A program made the translations under genes and the position numbers. Source: Cirrosporium novae-zelandiae (Eukaryota). From it: DNA of 64,000 nucleotides. Every line of letters starts with the position of its first letter. Position 1 is the stretch's first letter. The notes beneath the pieces are model-generated. The model had not been told where the DNA came from. It was given only the letters and a program-made list of their open reading frames with translations, and did no database searches. The stretch lies in assembly GCA_026023565.1 (NCBI GenBank), contig JAPETS010000016.1, positions 186,001 through 250,000 on the forward strand, read 5' to 3'. Of the stretch, positions 38,251 to 49,890 are shown in pieces.

Positions 38251-39741
38251 ATTGAGATGAGGATTGATTTTCCTAATCAAGACTATCCTATTCCAAAGCC
38301 CAGTTATCCAAGGATCTAAAAACCAGGCTTCTTTTCACCCCCCATCAACCAATCAACCAATACAACACACCCACGAGGCACGAAAAGAAACAAAACCCAT
38401 CCAAACCATCCATCCATCTCATCCATCCATCTCATCCACCCATCTACATACCTCAGACGAAAACAAGATTCATACCACCTCTTAAACCCTGAGATTAGGA
38501 TGGGAATGGGAGGGTTAAAGGACATTTCCTAGGAGCTATATGGGATGGGATGGGTTGGTGCATATGGAGACGTATACTCTGATGGAAAAACGGGATAGGA
38601 CAGGGATGGGATGGGATGAACGGAACCGGTAAATCGACAAGTATGCGAACCGATAAATAGGCGATAACCATACAATCCAACACCGACACACACACAGCCC
38701 GAAAAACCCGAAAAACAGACCGATGACCCCTTCTCCCCCAAATCCAAGTCCTTACGAACAACCACCTCCACGATACCTCCATGATACCAAAACCACTACT
38801 ATTTATCCAAATAGATTTTTTTTTTTAGATTTAAATTATATAGATTTCTTTACCTTTAGGGATTTATACATTACAACTTCCACAGTATCCTATCCTATCC
38901 CATCCTATCCTATTATTTATATGTCATATCTACATATAACCAGAGCATACCAGATCAGAGTAGAAAAGATGCTCTCACCCCCCAAAAACCCCATCATAAA
39001 TCTTCCATCTCTCCTCCTCCTCTCCTCTCCTCTCCTCTCCTCTAGGCCAAAAAGACCAAGGGCCAAGTAAGTTATAAGTAAGGTACCTCTCTAAGGGGCC
39101 TGCTAAAGAGAGGTTTAAAATGTAAAGGGGGAAAGGGTAAAGGGTAAAGAAAGGAGAAAGAGTAAAGAGCAAAGGGCAAAGGTAAGGGTATATGTATAGG
39201 CATGTAGGCATGTAGGTATAGATATCCCCTAACTCGAGTTTGGATTTGGATTGTGGATGGTGGATTGTGGATTGAGGATTTGGCTTGAATGGAACCCACA
39301 TCCATCTATCCATCTATCTATCCGTTCCCTTATTTACTTATTGGTTGATTTATTCACTTAATCATCCGAGGAAGATGTGCTGTACTATACTAACCTCCAA
39401 CCCCCCCCCCCCTTGGTTTAGTTTAGTTTATAGGCATAGATATAGACATTATATATCCCTAGCGATTTGGATTGTGGATTAAGGATTGGGAACCCCACAT
39501 CCACTTATTCATTCATCCCGTCCATCCCACCCATTCATTCATTCGTTTATTTACTTATTTATTCATTTAACTCATCCTCCTTGGATGTGCCATACTGTAC
39601 TTATACTGTACTGTACTAATCTCTAACCCCCCCTCAATCCACTAATCATGGATTACGGACCCCCCCTATTCCTATCTCCTATCTCCTATCTCCTCAATAC
39701 CATACCTATAATCCATAATCCCAAATAAATACCCCCCCCCC

Positions 39742-41529
39742 TCATTCCACCTCCTCTCCCTCCCCACCCTCCACCTCCATTTCCCTTTCCATCTCCAATT
39801 CAACCCCCCTCCTCACCCCCCCCAAAAACCCCCCAACCCCGCCCCCATCCACCTCCTCCTGAACCTCCACCCCAAGCGCCCCCGCCACCCCCTCCAATCC
39901 CCCCTCTCTCAACGCCATCGTCAAAGCCCCACACGCCTGACTAAACTGAGGACTACGCAAAACCTTTTCCAGGATTTGTTGTTCTTGTTTGGTTGTTAAA
40001 GAAGATGTGGTGGTGAGGTGGGGGAAGGCGAGGAGGGGGAGATTGGGGGGAAGGTGGTTGGATAGGAGGGAGTGGATTTGGGAGGCGGGGAGGGAGGAGA
40101 GGGTGGGTAGGGTTGTTGGGGGGGAGAGGAGGGTTGGGAGGGTTAGGTAGGTTTGGGGGGTTTGGGTGGTGGATGGGGTGGAGAGGGATTGGAGGAAGGA
40201 TTGGACGAGAGCGTGGGTTGATTGGTTTGTTGAGGCCGAGGCTCTATTTGGGTGAGTTAGCTTGGGTGGAGTTGTCATTCGGGGTTTTTGGTTTTGGTTT
40301 TAGTGGGGGTTGGTAATAGGAGAGAGAGAGAACAAACGGAAAGAAGAGATGGAATATGGGACCCGGTTTGTGTTTTGGATGAGATGATTGTTTTCTAATA
40401 CGGGTAAGGGAGGTGTAGAATCCATAAGATTCCCCTCCCGCGTATACACTGTTGCCAAGCAAAACAGCAAACGCCTTTAGATCTCATCCCCTTTCTTGTG
40501 GTCCTATCGGCATAACATAAACGCCAGATACTCTCTCTCTTTTGCCGCTTTTTGAGAATCTTCCCCACATCCGAAAATGCATGGAAATGAAATGTAAAAT
40601 CTTCTCAGCGCCCCCACTGTGTGTGTGTATGCCATGATATATTTCCCGTCTTCGTGTAACAAGGGCTCCCCGAAAACTGCCAGGAATGAAAGAATGGATA
40701 ACACCTACGCTCTTGCTCCATCAGCTCCTCCCTCTCGGCTTTCTTCTCCCTCCTCTCGAATATCTCCACCTGTAGCCCCAGGCCCGGCTCCACCACTACC
40801 ACCTCTTGGCCCACGTCCACTCCTTGTTGCCGTTTCGGCATCCTCCATCGTAGCATCCCCATCATCATCTCCATCGGATGGTCCAGATCCAGCAGTCGCC
40901 AGTTCCTCTGCCACATTGACCTCTTCACCCTGCAGCAGTTGATTGACGATTTGACCTAGTTTCAGATCACGAGGGCTGAACCAAGACGGATTGCCTGATG
41001 GGTGTTGCGATTTTGATTGGAGCCAGAAGAGGTGACGTTGAGAGCTGGATAGAAACTTCAGCACGTAGATGCGACCATTAGTCGGAGGAGAGTTGTTGTT
41101 TGTGGAGGGGTTTGGAGTTGGCTCGTAGGGGACAAAGGCACCATCACCAGGGACCATTACAAGATCCACATGTGCTTCGGACACGGGGAGTACGCGGGGC
41201 CTCCAGCAAAAGTGGATGAGTTCATCTTCTTCATAGAGGTAGAGGTAGCCTGGGGTAAGGCGAGGTACGACTTTCGGAGGCGTGGCGGTATTCTGAGGGG
41301 AACAAGTTAGCATAGGGCCCAAAATGATTGCGCAAAGGGTTGCGGTTATTTCAAAAAAAACAAAATCGACTCTTTTGCTGACATTCTATTTATTTATTGC
41401 TATCCTTCTATATAGGTAAGAAGACAGTGTAATAGATTATCAATATAAATGCGGAAAAGTAGAAGTGCGGCGACTTACGTCCATGTTACAGACACCAGCC
41501 TTGAAAGTAATTATAGGGATGATAGACAT
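39742..41529 (-). CDS. RPN13: Proteasome ubiquitin receptor Rpn13/ADRM1 (exons 41529-41479, ~41293-40709, 40243-39742)
   Basis: Pru domain MSIIPIITFKAG, PGYLYLYEEDELIHFCWRPR, TNGRIYVLKFLSSSQRHLFWLQ. C-terminal DEUBAD-like VLRSPQFSQACGALTMALREGGL. Confidence 0.9.
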
Positions 41530-41892
41530 GTTTGAAAAAGTCTCGGGAAGTCCAAAAGACTTCTTGTATGGATAAACTATGAGATCAAGACTGAAGGTGA
41601 AGGCAAGATGAAAGAGAAGCTCCAAGTGATCCGTGATGATGTTCCTCTAAGTAATTACAGCTTCTTCGGAAAGCTATCAATCAATCTTGAGCTAATCCAG
41701 ATTTGGTCTAGTGTTCTCGCCTAATCAACTAGGGCTGCCAAACTCCCACAAACTTGATAGAACAGCCCATTGAAAGAGAAAGAGTCAACTTAGCGACGAC
41801 AAACTTGACCTCAACTAACATTACAGGATTTAACAATCTCTCCCTCTTTCTAATTTCCATCTCTTTTCTTCGTCCTCAGACTTTTGCCCATA

Positions 41893-42756
41893 ATGTCGGC
41901 TGCTGCCCCCGAGACGAAGAAGTTTGGAAAGGGTGAGAGGACGGTCCCACACAACTCTCAAAAGGCGAGCAAGTGGTATCCGGCCGAGGACATTACCCTG
42001 CCAAAAAAGGTCAGTTGGATATATTTGCAGTTTTATATTTCCATTGGATGGATCGCTAGTTACAAGCTCGAGGCTTCAGATCGCATCTGGAGAAAGCGGC
42101 GGTCATCTTTAAATTATACGGCATATGCGACTCGGAATTTCTACATCTTGTTCATGGCTATTCCAGGATTGTCATTGACCCTTATAATTTATAGGTCCGC
42201 AAATCCATCCGTCCAGCCAAACCCCGTGCCTCTCTCCAGCCTGGTACCGTTCTTATCCTCCTCGCTGGCCGCTTCCGGGGCAAGCGTGTCATCCTCCTCA
42301 AACATCTTCCCCAAGGTGTCCTCCTCGTTACCGGTCCATTCAAGATCAACGGTGTCCCTCTCCGCCGTGTCAACGCCAGATATGTAATTGCTACAAGCGC
42401 AAAAGTAGAACTCAAGGGTATCGACGAGGAGACGCTCAAGAAGGTTGGAGATGAGAGTTACTTTGATCACGAAAAGAGCGAAAAGGATCAGAAGTCGGAA
42501 GAAGCTTTCTTCAAACAAGGAGAGAAGCCCGAGGTACGTGATATCAGAACAGAATTGTTGACTGGGGCCATATAAACGGAAACTGATATGGACCAATTTA
42601 CAGAAAAAGACAATTGCATCGGGCCGAGCAAACGATCAAAAGGCCATCGATAAGGCTCTTCTTGCCAACATCAAGACCGAGCCTTTCCTCGCACAATACT
42701 TAGCTACCAGCTTCAGCCTACGGAACGGCGATAAGCCCCACGAAATGAAGTGGTGA
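41893..42756 (+). CDS. RPL6: 60S ribosomal protein L6 (eL6), 3 exons
   Basis: [70 protein letters not shown]. Confidence 0.97.
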
Positions 42757-43969
42757 TTTTTACCTGGGGAAGGAAATGAACGGACCTTATGTTGCGGGCC
42801 ACATGGATATGATATTATGAGGCAGCAACATGGGGAGAGGGAACAATGTTAGATGGAAGGAAACAAAGCTTTGTGTGATGATGCGTGCGAAAGGCATGCA
42901 TAGATGACTACCTATTTTACTGCTACTACGATTATATTACTTGAGCAGGGGTCTTTCTACAAGTGTTCTTAGATGGACAAGCCAGGGTTCGCCGCGTCTT
43001 CTACTACCCAGTTGAGGATATGTTTAGTGAGCTTTTACCTGAATTCGTCATGGAATCGGAATATGGAATTTCAAATGCTAAAAAGTCATGATCGCCAATT
43101 TTTTGTGTTTTGCGTGTATAATGTTACTAAAGAAATCAATAGCACGAGTCATAAGACATTGTCATGTTAGGGGTGGCAGAAGGAATATAACAAATACAGC
43201 GACCCATTATGCAAGCTAATGAAACAGAAGATTCGAGTATTCAGGAATGGTCGGGGGGTACCTAGGTTGTCCCACCAATTTCTGTTTCTAGGCATCTACA
43301 AACCTCAAGGGGACAAGAATTCCCAATCGGCCTCCTTAGACACATAGCCACTAGATATTTACGCACTTTCTTTTTTTATTTCAAACATTTTTTTATTCAC
43401 ATCCAGCGGCCGCATCTCAAACATATGCTCCATGGCGATTTGCTCAAACAATATTCTACATATTCATCCAAGAAAGGACCTGCAGTAATAAAGCCCAAAT
43501 GAGGAATAAAAATACCGATCCAGCCAATACGCATTATGTAACGAAAATAAGGATCCGTATATTTAGGCTCTCGCTCAACACCAACAGTACTGTTCCTTAT
43601 AACATGTCTGTCACTCCACGCCACTCCGGGTATCTAACACTTTGACTGAGACATATCTAATCTCCATGCGACTGTGTGCTGCTTTTTTGTTATGGCACTT
43701 ACAAGCGAGAGAAAAAGAAATGACACTCGACAATATTGTATGGACCATGGAGAGTTCGGCATCCAGATCTATTCATTCCTTTATCTTCAGTTGGATTATG
43801 TTTCCCCTGGTGGTGAGCGCCTTTTGAAAAGTAAAATTGGTCGATTCCCGAGCTATATAATCCTCATTATTTCCATGATGTTATAATATCATTTTTATTA
43901 GACGGTCTTTTCATTCCGCTATCTTTTATTCCATATCCTATCACTGCAGCTCCTAACAACCAAATTAAC

Positions 43970-44621
43970 ATGCTCTCGATCTTTCTCAAATTGGTGTCGT
44001 TGGCCTTCCTGACTATCCCGGCCTCGGCCCAAACGGTCGCCCCCTTATGCGATTCCACCATGTTCAATCAAACCCTAGCCTATTTTGACACGGTGCTGAT
44101 GCCCTGCAATACCTCCACATCAACAGCCAGTAAGCGAAATTCCCATCTAGTTCATCAAAGACCGATCCAAACTAACCCCCCTCCCAGTGACATATCTCCC
44201 CCCAATCCTGGGCCTGACCCCAAACCTCCCTAGCTCCCCAGCCTACCTCGGCCTCATGGGCGACCTCTCCCACAAACTCGCCAACGGCTCCTATTCTACC
44301 CTTCTCCTCTGGGTCCAATCCAACTTGAAATCCTTTGGCCAGGGCTTCCTGGTCCCCACTGCCGCTGAGGACGTACCCTACATGCCCCCGAACCCTCCGT
44401 GCGGCGAAACGCATTACTACGTGATAGTAGCGTATCCGGAACCGGAGGATTTCAGCATACCTTCTGATTATATTCAGTATTTTGCAAATGTTAGAGCTGA
44501 TCCTGGTAACGTTGAGGTAAGGCTTAATTCTGATATTCCGAAGCTGCTTGAGGACGCGGGGTTGGGGGTGGATGGGTTGGGAGGGCATGGTTTGATTAGG
44601 GTTACTGGGGACTGCTGGTAG
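43970..44621 (+). CDS. Secreted PEBP-like protein (intron 44130-44187)
   Basis: Signal peptide. GTAAGC..CTAAC..CAG intron joins the exons in frame. PEBP-like motifs YLGLMGDL, LLWVQSNL, YMPPNPPCGETHYY. Confidence 0.7.
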
Positions 44622-45452
44622 CGAGGGGGGTTTGGACATGATGAAGTACTAGATAACCATGTGGAGGATACTAAGATTCCTTGAATTCCAACTACACATT
44701 ACTTCTTGCTTGAGACTTTATCCCAACACTCGAGGACAGCTTATCCCCTTAAATATCCCCTAAGCTATACGGTAACATTCATCACCATCATCTACAGGAG
44801 CATTCATTTCCAACCCTTGCTTATACAAGCCTTCGACTCTCCATACACAGTACAGTACGATACCAGTAATAATAGGATAATTGCACAAAGTATCGTGCAT
44901 GAGCCTATAATTATGCATAGTACTTACGACTTGGTAACGAAGTCGTCATAGGGCAGGGCTTGGGATGCCAAGAATCTAAATGAGCGATTAAATTGCCATC
45001 CTTACAGGTTGCAACACCCAACTTCTTCCAACTATAACTACATGGTATTTCACCATTTATAAATCAAGTCTATCTTGGTTTTTTTCAAAGGGCTCACTTA
45101 TATGTCTTTTTCTTAGTAATTACTGAGCAATGCTTTATTGGAAAAACAATATGCCTATCCTTGGACCTTGGACAACGTTATCATCCACGTCTACTGTGGT
45201 TATATTTTAGTCGCCCCAGCAAAGCGGACACCTGATAGTCCGGGTAATCGGCCCAAGTACGGTAACCAGGATGACTCGTAGGGAAACGAGTCCCATAAAA
45301 ATGATGCTTTGCGCTGGCCTTTCTGTCTTTACATTCATGTTTCTATAATCACGTTGCCATGGTTAAGCTTTTTCTTGTGTTTAGTTTGCCTTCCTTCGTC
45401 CATCCCCTTTCACCAGTTCGGAGCTCTGCCAACGTTTTGGAATTCCATACGT

Positions 45453-47084
45453 ATGGCTGAAAAATCCCTGGATCCCGAGTCTGGACGCGGGCCCAAGCAT
45501 CTGTCGTTCCCGCACTGGCGGCTTATTTTTGACCAGGCTCCCATCTCGCCGGAGATACAAGAGTGGCCATATGAGGGATCTGGAACGGATACGGATCCAT
45601 ATATCATCTGCTGGATTAGCCATGACCCTCGAGATCCCAAGACCTTCTCCAAGTGGAGGAAATGGGTGCTTACGATTCTGGTCACCTTCATGACTCTAAC
45701 CACAGCATTTGGATCCTCCACCTATGCCGGTAGTATCGACCAAACCGTCGAAGACCTCCATGTTAGTGAGGAGGTCGCCACGTTGGGACTTGCTTTGTAT
45801 GTCTTGGGTTTCGTGCCTGGCACCTTGTTCTGGGCTCCGCTGAGCGAGTCCAACGGTCGCCAGTTGATATTTTTCTGGTCGTATGCTTTGTTCACCATAT
45901 TTAATATTGCTGGAACCGTCGCACCCAATATTCAATCACTTTTGGTTTTCCGATTTCTAGCTGGAACGTTAGGATCGTCACCATATACCAATTCTGGAGG
46001 CGTGATTGCGGATATATTCCCGGCATCAGAACGAGGTATTCCCATGACATTTTTTGGGACGGCACCATTCTTGGGTCCGGTTTTGGGACCGGTCGTTGGT
46101 GGATTTCTCGGAGAAACAAAAGGGTGGAGATGGGTCCAGGGGGTCTTTACAATTCTCGCAGGAGTTCTCTGGATACTGAGTACGTTTTTGATTCCCGAAA
46201 CGTATGCGCCATATCTGCTTCACAAAAGGGCGGAGAAACTTTCAAAAATCACCGGAAAAGTATATCGGACTAGCATTGAGGTCGATCAGGGGAAGACACC
46301 CACAATCCAGCTCCTCAAAGCTGCTCTTTTGCGACCATGGATCCTCCTACTCAAAGAACCGATTGTACTTTTCTTGTCTATTTGGATGTCAATTAGCTAC
46401 GGCACCCTCTACCTTCTCTTTGCCGCATACCCAATCGTATACCAAGCCCGAGGTTGGAATGAAGGCCTTAGCAATCTCCCTTTTCTGGGTATCACGATTG
46501 GCATGGTAGCCGCAATCTTCTACAACGTCTTCGACAACCGTCGTTACCATGGACTCGTTTGTAAATTGGGTGGTGGTGGACTTCCACCAGAAGCACGTCT
46601 CCCATCGGCCATGGTTGGGGGTGTCGTTTTACCAATCGGCCTTTTCTGGTTTGCCTGGACCAATAGCCCCTCTGTCCCCTGGCCCGCGAGTGTCGCCGCA
46701 GGTATCCCATTTGGCTTCGGTATGGTATTAACATTTGTGGCCATTAAAAGTTATCTCGTTGACGCGTACACAATCTTCGCGGCATCTGCATTGGCTGCGA
46801 CGGTAGTGTTGCGTTCCTTTTTCGGTGCTGGATTTCCAATGTTTACTACTTATATGTATCACAACTTGGGCGTACACTGGGCGTCATCGATTACGGCATT
46901 TCTAGCCCTAATGTGTACGCCATTACCGTTTGTGTTTTATAAATATGGCGCGCAGATTAGACTGAGATGCAAATACGCGGCCCAGGCGGCGGCGGCGATG
47001 AAGAAGTTGAGGGGAGAGGGAGAAAGTGAGGATGAGATGGATAAGGGGTTACGGAAGAAGGGGGATGAAGAGGACCAACAATAA
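45453..47084 (+). CDS. MFS drug:H+ antiporter (DHA1 family), intronless
   Basis: DPRDPKTFSKWRKW, WAPLSESNGR, GPVLGPVVGG, PETY, PPEARL, YLVDAYTIFAASALAA. About 12 hydrophobic segments. Confidence 0.93.
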   Translation: MAEKSLDPESGRGPKHLSFPHWRLIFDQAPISPEIQEWPYEGSGTDTDPYIICWISHDPRDPKTFSKWRKWVLTILVTFMTLTTAFGSSTYAGSIDQTVEDLHVSEEVATLGLALYVLGFVPGTLFWAPLSESNGRQLIFFWSYALFTIFNIAGTVAPNIQSLLVFRFLAGTLGSSPYTNSGGVIADIFPASERGIPMTFFGTAPFLGPVLGPVVGGFLGETKGWRWVQGVFTILAGVLWILSTFLIPETYAPYLLHKRAEKLSKITGKVYRTSIEVDQGKTPTIQLLKAALLRPWILLLKEPIVLFLSIWMSISYGTLYLLFAAYPIVYQARGWNEGLSNLPFLGITIGMVAAIFYNVFDNRRYHGLVCKLGGGGLPPEARLPSAMVGGVVLPIGLFWFAWTNSPSVPWPASVAAGIPFGFGMVLTFVAIKSYLVDAYTIFAASALAATVVLRSFFGAGFPMFTTYMYHNLGVHWASSITAFLALMCTPLPFVFYKYGAQIRLRCKYAAQAAAAMKKLRGEGESEDEMDKGLRKKGDEEDQQ

Positions 47085-47760
47085 TGATGATCGACAAAGG
47101 AAGCTGAGATGAAGTAATGGAGATATGAACATTTGATGAATGGAAAGGCAAGCAAAGATGGTCTCATGGTAAGTTGAGCCAAGCCTGGACCTAAGCTAAT
47201 GTTTTGAAAGGACTGTGATAAATTTCAGTTTTACTATCTCATGACGGCTTGGAAGGCAAAGGCTTGAAATATGATGATAAAGCCTCGAATATACATTCGA
47301 ATGTAGTAGTCTACAGTACAAAATAGACCGAAAAGGCTCGACGGTTGCGAGGGCGATTGATAGCTATCTAAATTAAAACAGGTCGACGTCATAGGGGGTC
47401 ATGGGTCTTAAAGCCGACCGACGGAAGACGGAGGACGGAGGAGTGCTACTCTGATTAGTCACAACATGGCAACTTCGAGATCCTGACAAATCCAACTCTC
47501 CCCAAGCCTCAACACTGCCTCTTTTGTATATTGGATGTTACTACACTTAGCTAATTAATAACTATCTGAACAAAGGCTTTGGAAATAATTTGTATATAAT
47601 AAATAATCCCAGTCATATTCTTTTTTTTTTTTTTTTCGTCTGCTCATTCTCCAGCAACAGTATTAACACCAACGTCAATATATTAATACCAACACCATCA
47701 CCGACGCCAATACCAATACATCATCACCAACACCAACACATCACCCCCTTTCCCAACCTG

Positions 47761-48948
47761 ATGGTCGAAATCCCAGACTACCGCCACGCCATGGCCGACT
47801 CAACCTGCGACCACACCGACACGCCCGCAACCCCCAACCAAAACCAAAACCACAACCTCTCCACCACCACCATCACCATAACCCTAACTCACCACGGCAT
47901 AAAACACACCTTCAACCTACCCGCAACATCCACACTCGCAGACCTCTCCCCCCTAATATCAACCCACCTCTCCGTACCCGCCCAAAACCAAAAACTCCTC
48001 ATAACGCCAAAACCAGGTCTACTCAAACCTCCATTTCCTCAGACGCCTCTGCATACTTTTATCTCCTCCGACCCGCAGCAGCAGCAGCAGCAAAAGCAAA
48101 AGCAAAAAATAACAGTTCTGGGTAGTACGGCCTCGGAAATAACTGCGCTCAATACTACCTCTGCGGAAACCAAAGCCCGTAGTGCACGTCGCAGTGCGGC
48201 GCTGCAAAAAGCCAAAGCCACCACCACCTCCTCCCACAAATCCAAACCCTCACCAACAACCCCCTACACCTTCCACACCCTCCTCCCCCTCCCCCACCTC
48301 CCCGACCCCTCCAAAAGCCTCTCTCTCCTTTCCCGCCTCCGCTCCGACCCCGGCATAACCAGCACGATGCGCACCCACAAATTCTCCGTCTCCCTCCTCA
48401 CAGAAATGGATCCCGCCGCCCACACCACTCACACCTCAAAAACCCTGGGCCTAAACCGAAACAAAGGCGAGGTGATCGAGTTGAGGCTGCGCACCGATGC
48501 GTACGATGGGTATCGGGATTATAAGAGTATTAGGAGGACGCTGTGTCATGAGCTGGCGCATAATGTGTGGGGGGAACATGGGAAGGAGTTTTGGGGGTTG
48601 TGTAGACAGATTGAGAAGGAGGTTGAGAGGGGGGATTGGTGGGGGGGGAGGGGGAGGGCGGTGAGTTCCGAAGAGTTTTATGATGGTGGGGATGGGGAGG
48701 GGGGTGAGGAGGAGGAGGAGGGGGCGGTGGATGAAGGCGGTTGGACTGGGGGGGAGTTTGTTCTTGGTTCTTCTTCTTCTTCGAATTCGGCTGAGTCTTC
48801 TTCAAATTCGGGTTTAAGTCGGAGGGAAATCCTTGCTAGGGCCGCGGAGGAGAGGATTAGGAAACTACGGGGGGGGAAAGAAGAAAAAGAAAAAGAAAAA
48901 GAAAAAGAAAAAGAAGAAGAAGGAGGGGGTCTGGAAGAGAAGGAATAA
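47761..48948 (+). CDS. Ubiquitin-like plus WLM (Wss1-like) zinc metalloprotease
   Basis: N-terminal Ubl-like segment (LSVPAQNQKLL). WLM motifs LGLNRNKGEVIELRLRTD and TLCHELAHNVWGEH (HExxH). C-terminal SRREILARAAEER. Start codon is uncertain. Confidence 0.88.
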   Translation: MVEIPDYRHAMADSTCDHTDTPATPNQNQNHNLSTTTITITLTHHGIKHTFNLPATSTLADLSPLISTHLSVPAQNQKLLITPKPGLLKPPFPQTPLHTFISSDPQQQQQQKQKQKITVLGSTASEITALNTTSAETKARSARRSAALQKAKATTTSSHKSKPSPTTPYTFHTLLPLPHLPDPSKSLSLLSRLRSDPGITSTMRTHKFSVSLLTEMDPAAHTTHTSKTLGLNRNKGEVIELRLRTDAYDGYRDYKSIRRTLCHELAHNVWGEHGKEFWGLCRQIEKEVERGDWWGGRGRAVSSEEFYDGGDGEGGEEEEEGAVDEGGWTGGEFVLGSSSSSNSAESSSNSGLSRREILARAAEERIRKLRGGKEEKEKEKEKEKEEEGGGLEEKE

Positions 48949-49890
48949 ATAACGGAACCATAGTCATGGCTAACTACAAATAATGGAATGGAATAGAATG
49001 TAAATATATAATAATATAATTAATAGAGTCGGGATTTACGATACGATACAATACGATACGATTATCCATATGCCTTCCCCCGCAAATCCCTAACCCCCAA
49101 TTGTATAATCCACCTACTTTACCTTACCTATCAACCAACCAACCAACCAACCAATCTACCCTACCTATATATATTATACTTACCCTAGACTTTTTTTTAT
49201 ATATATAATTCATTTTCATTTTCATTTTTAATGCAAGAGAAAAGAAAAAAGTGAAAGAATGAAAACGAATAAGGATGGGAATATATGGGTGGGATGGGAT
49301 GGGATAGAAGGGGTAGAGGAAGTTGGTTTGGTTATAGGGGTATAGGCTTGAATGGGTATTTATAGGGATTCGGGGTTTAGTGAGGAGAGAGGGGGAGGGA
49401 GGGGAAGGGAAGGGGGTTGGGGTGGAGGGCGTTATAACATAACTATTACTATTAGGGACGGTCAGGTCAGGTCAGGTTCCTGGCATGGATGATTAAATGC
49501 AAATAAAGTCTTTTATTTTAGTTTTGAATTTTATGCTAACGGGTATTTGGTGGTGAGATAAGAACATAGATACCAGTGTAACCAATCCCTAAGCGCTCTT
49601 AGAAATCGAACCCAACCTGGTATTTATGGAATCTGACGGTGAGGGGGTGAGAAGGAAAGAGTTGGGTTCGGATATTTTCTTTTGTCTGCTCTTAACACCA
49701 AGGTACCTATATATAAACACACACACCCGTCCTACGCCTAGCTCAGAAATATTGAAAGCTCCCCACTCCCCCTTCCGGTGGTATCGCCAGACAAATCAGA
49801 CTTCGTGGATAGAAAAAATTTCCCGGATATGGGGACTAATATGCATAGATTGTTGTGGAATATACAAACTTATGTCTATGTCTATTTGGA

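Noticed and set aside
38264..39482. Short ORFs in the low-complexity islands (also 8677-8904, 63441-63734)
   Set aside because: Translations mirror simple-sequence repeats and show no protein-like features.
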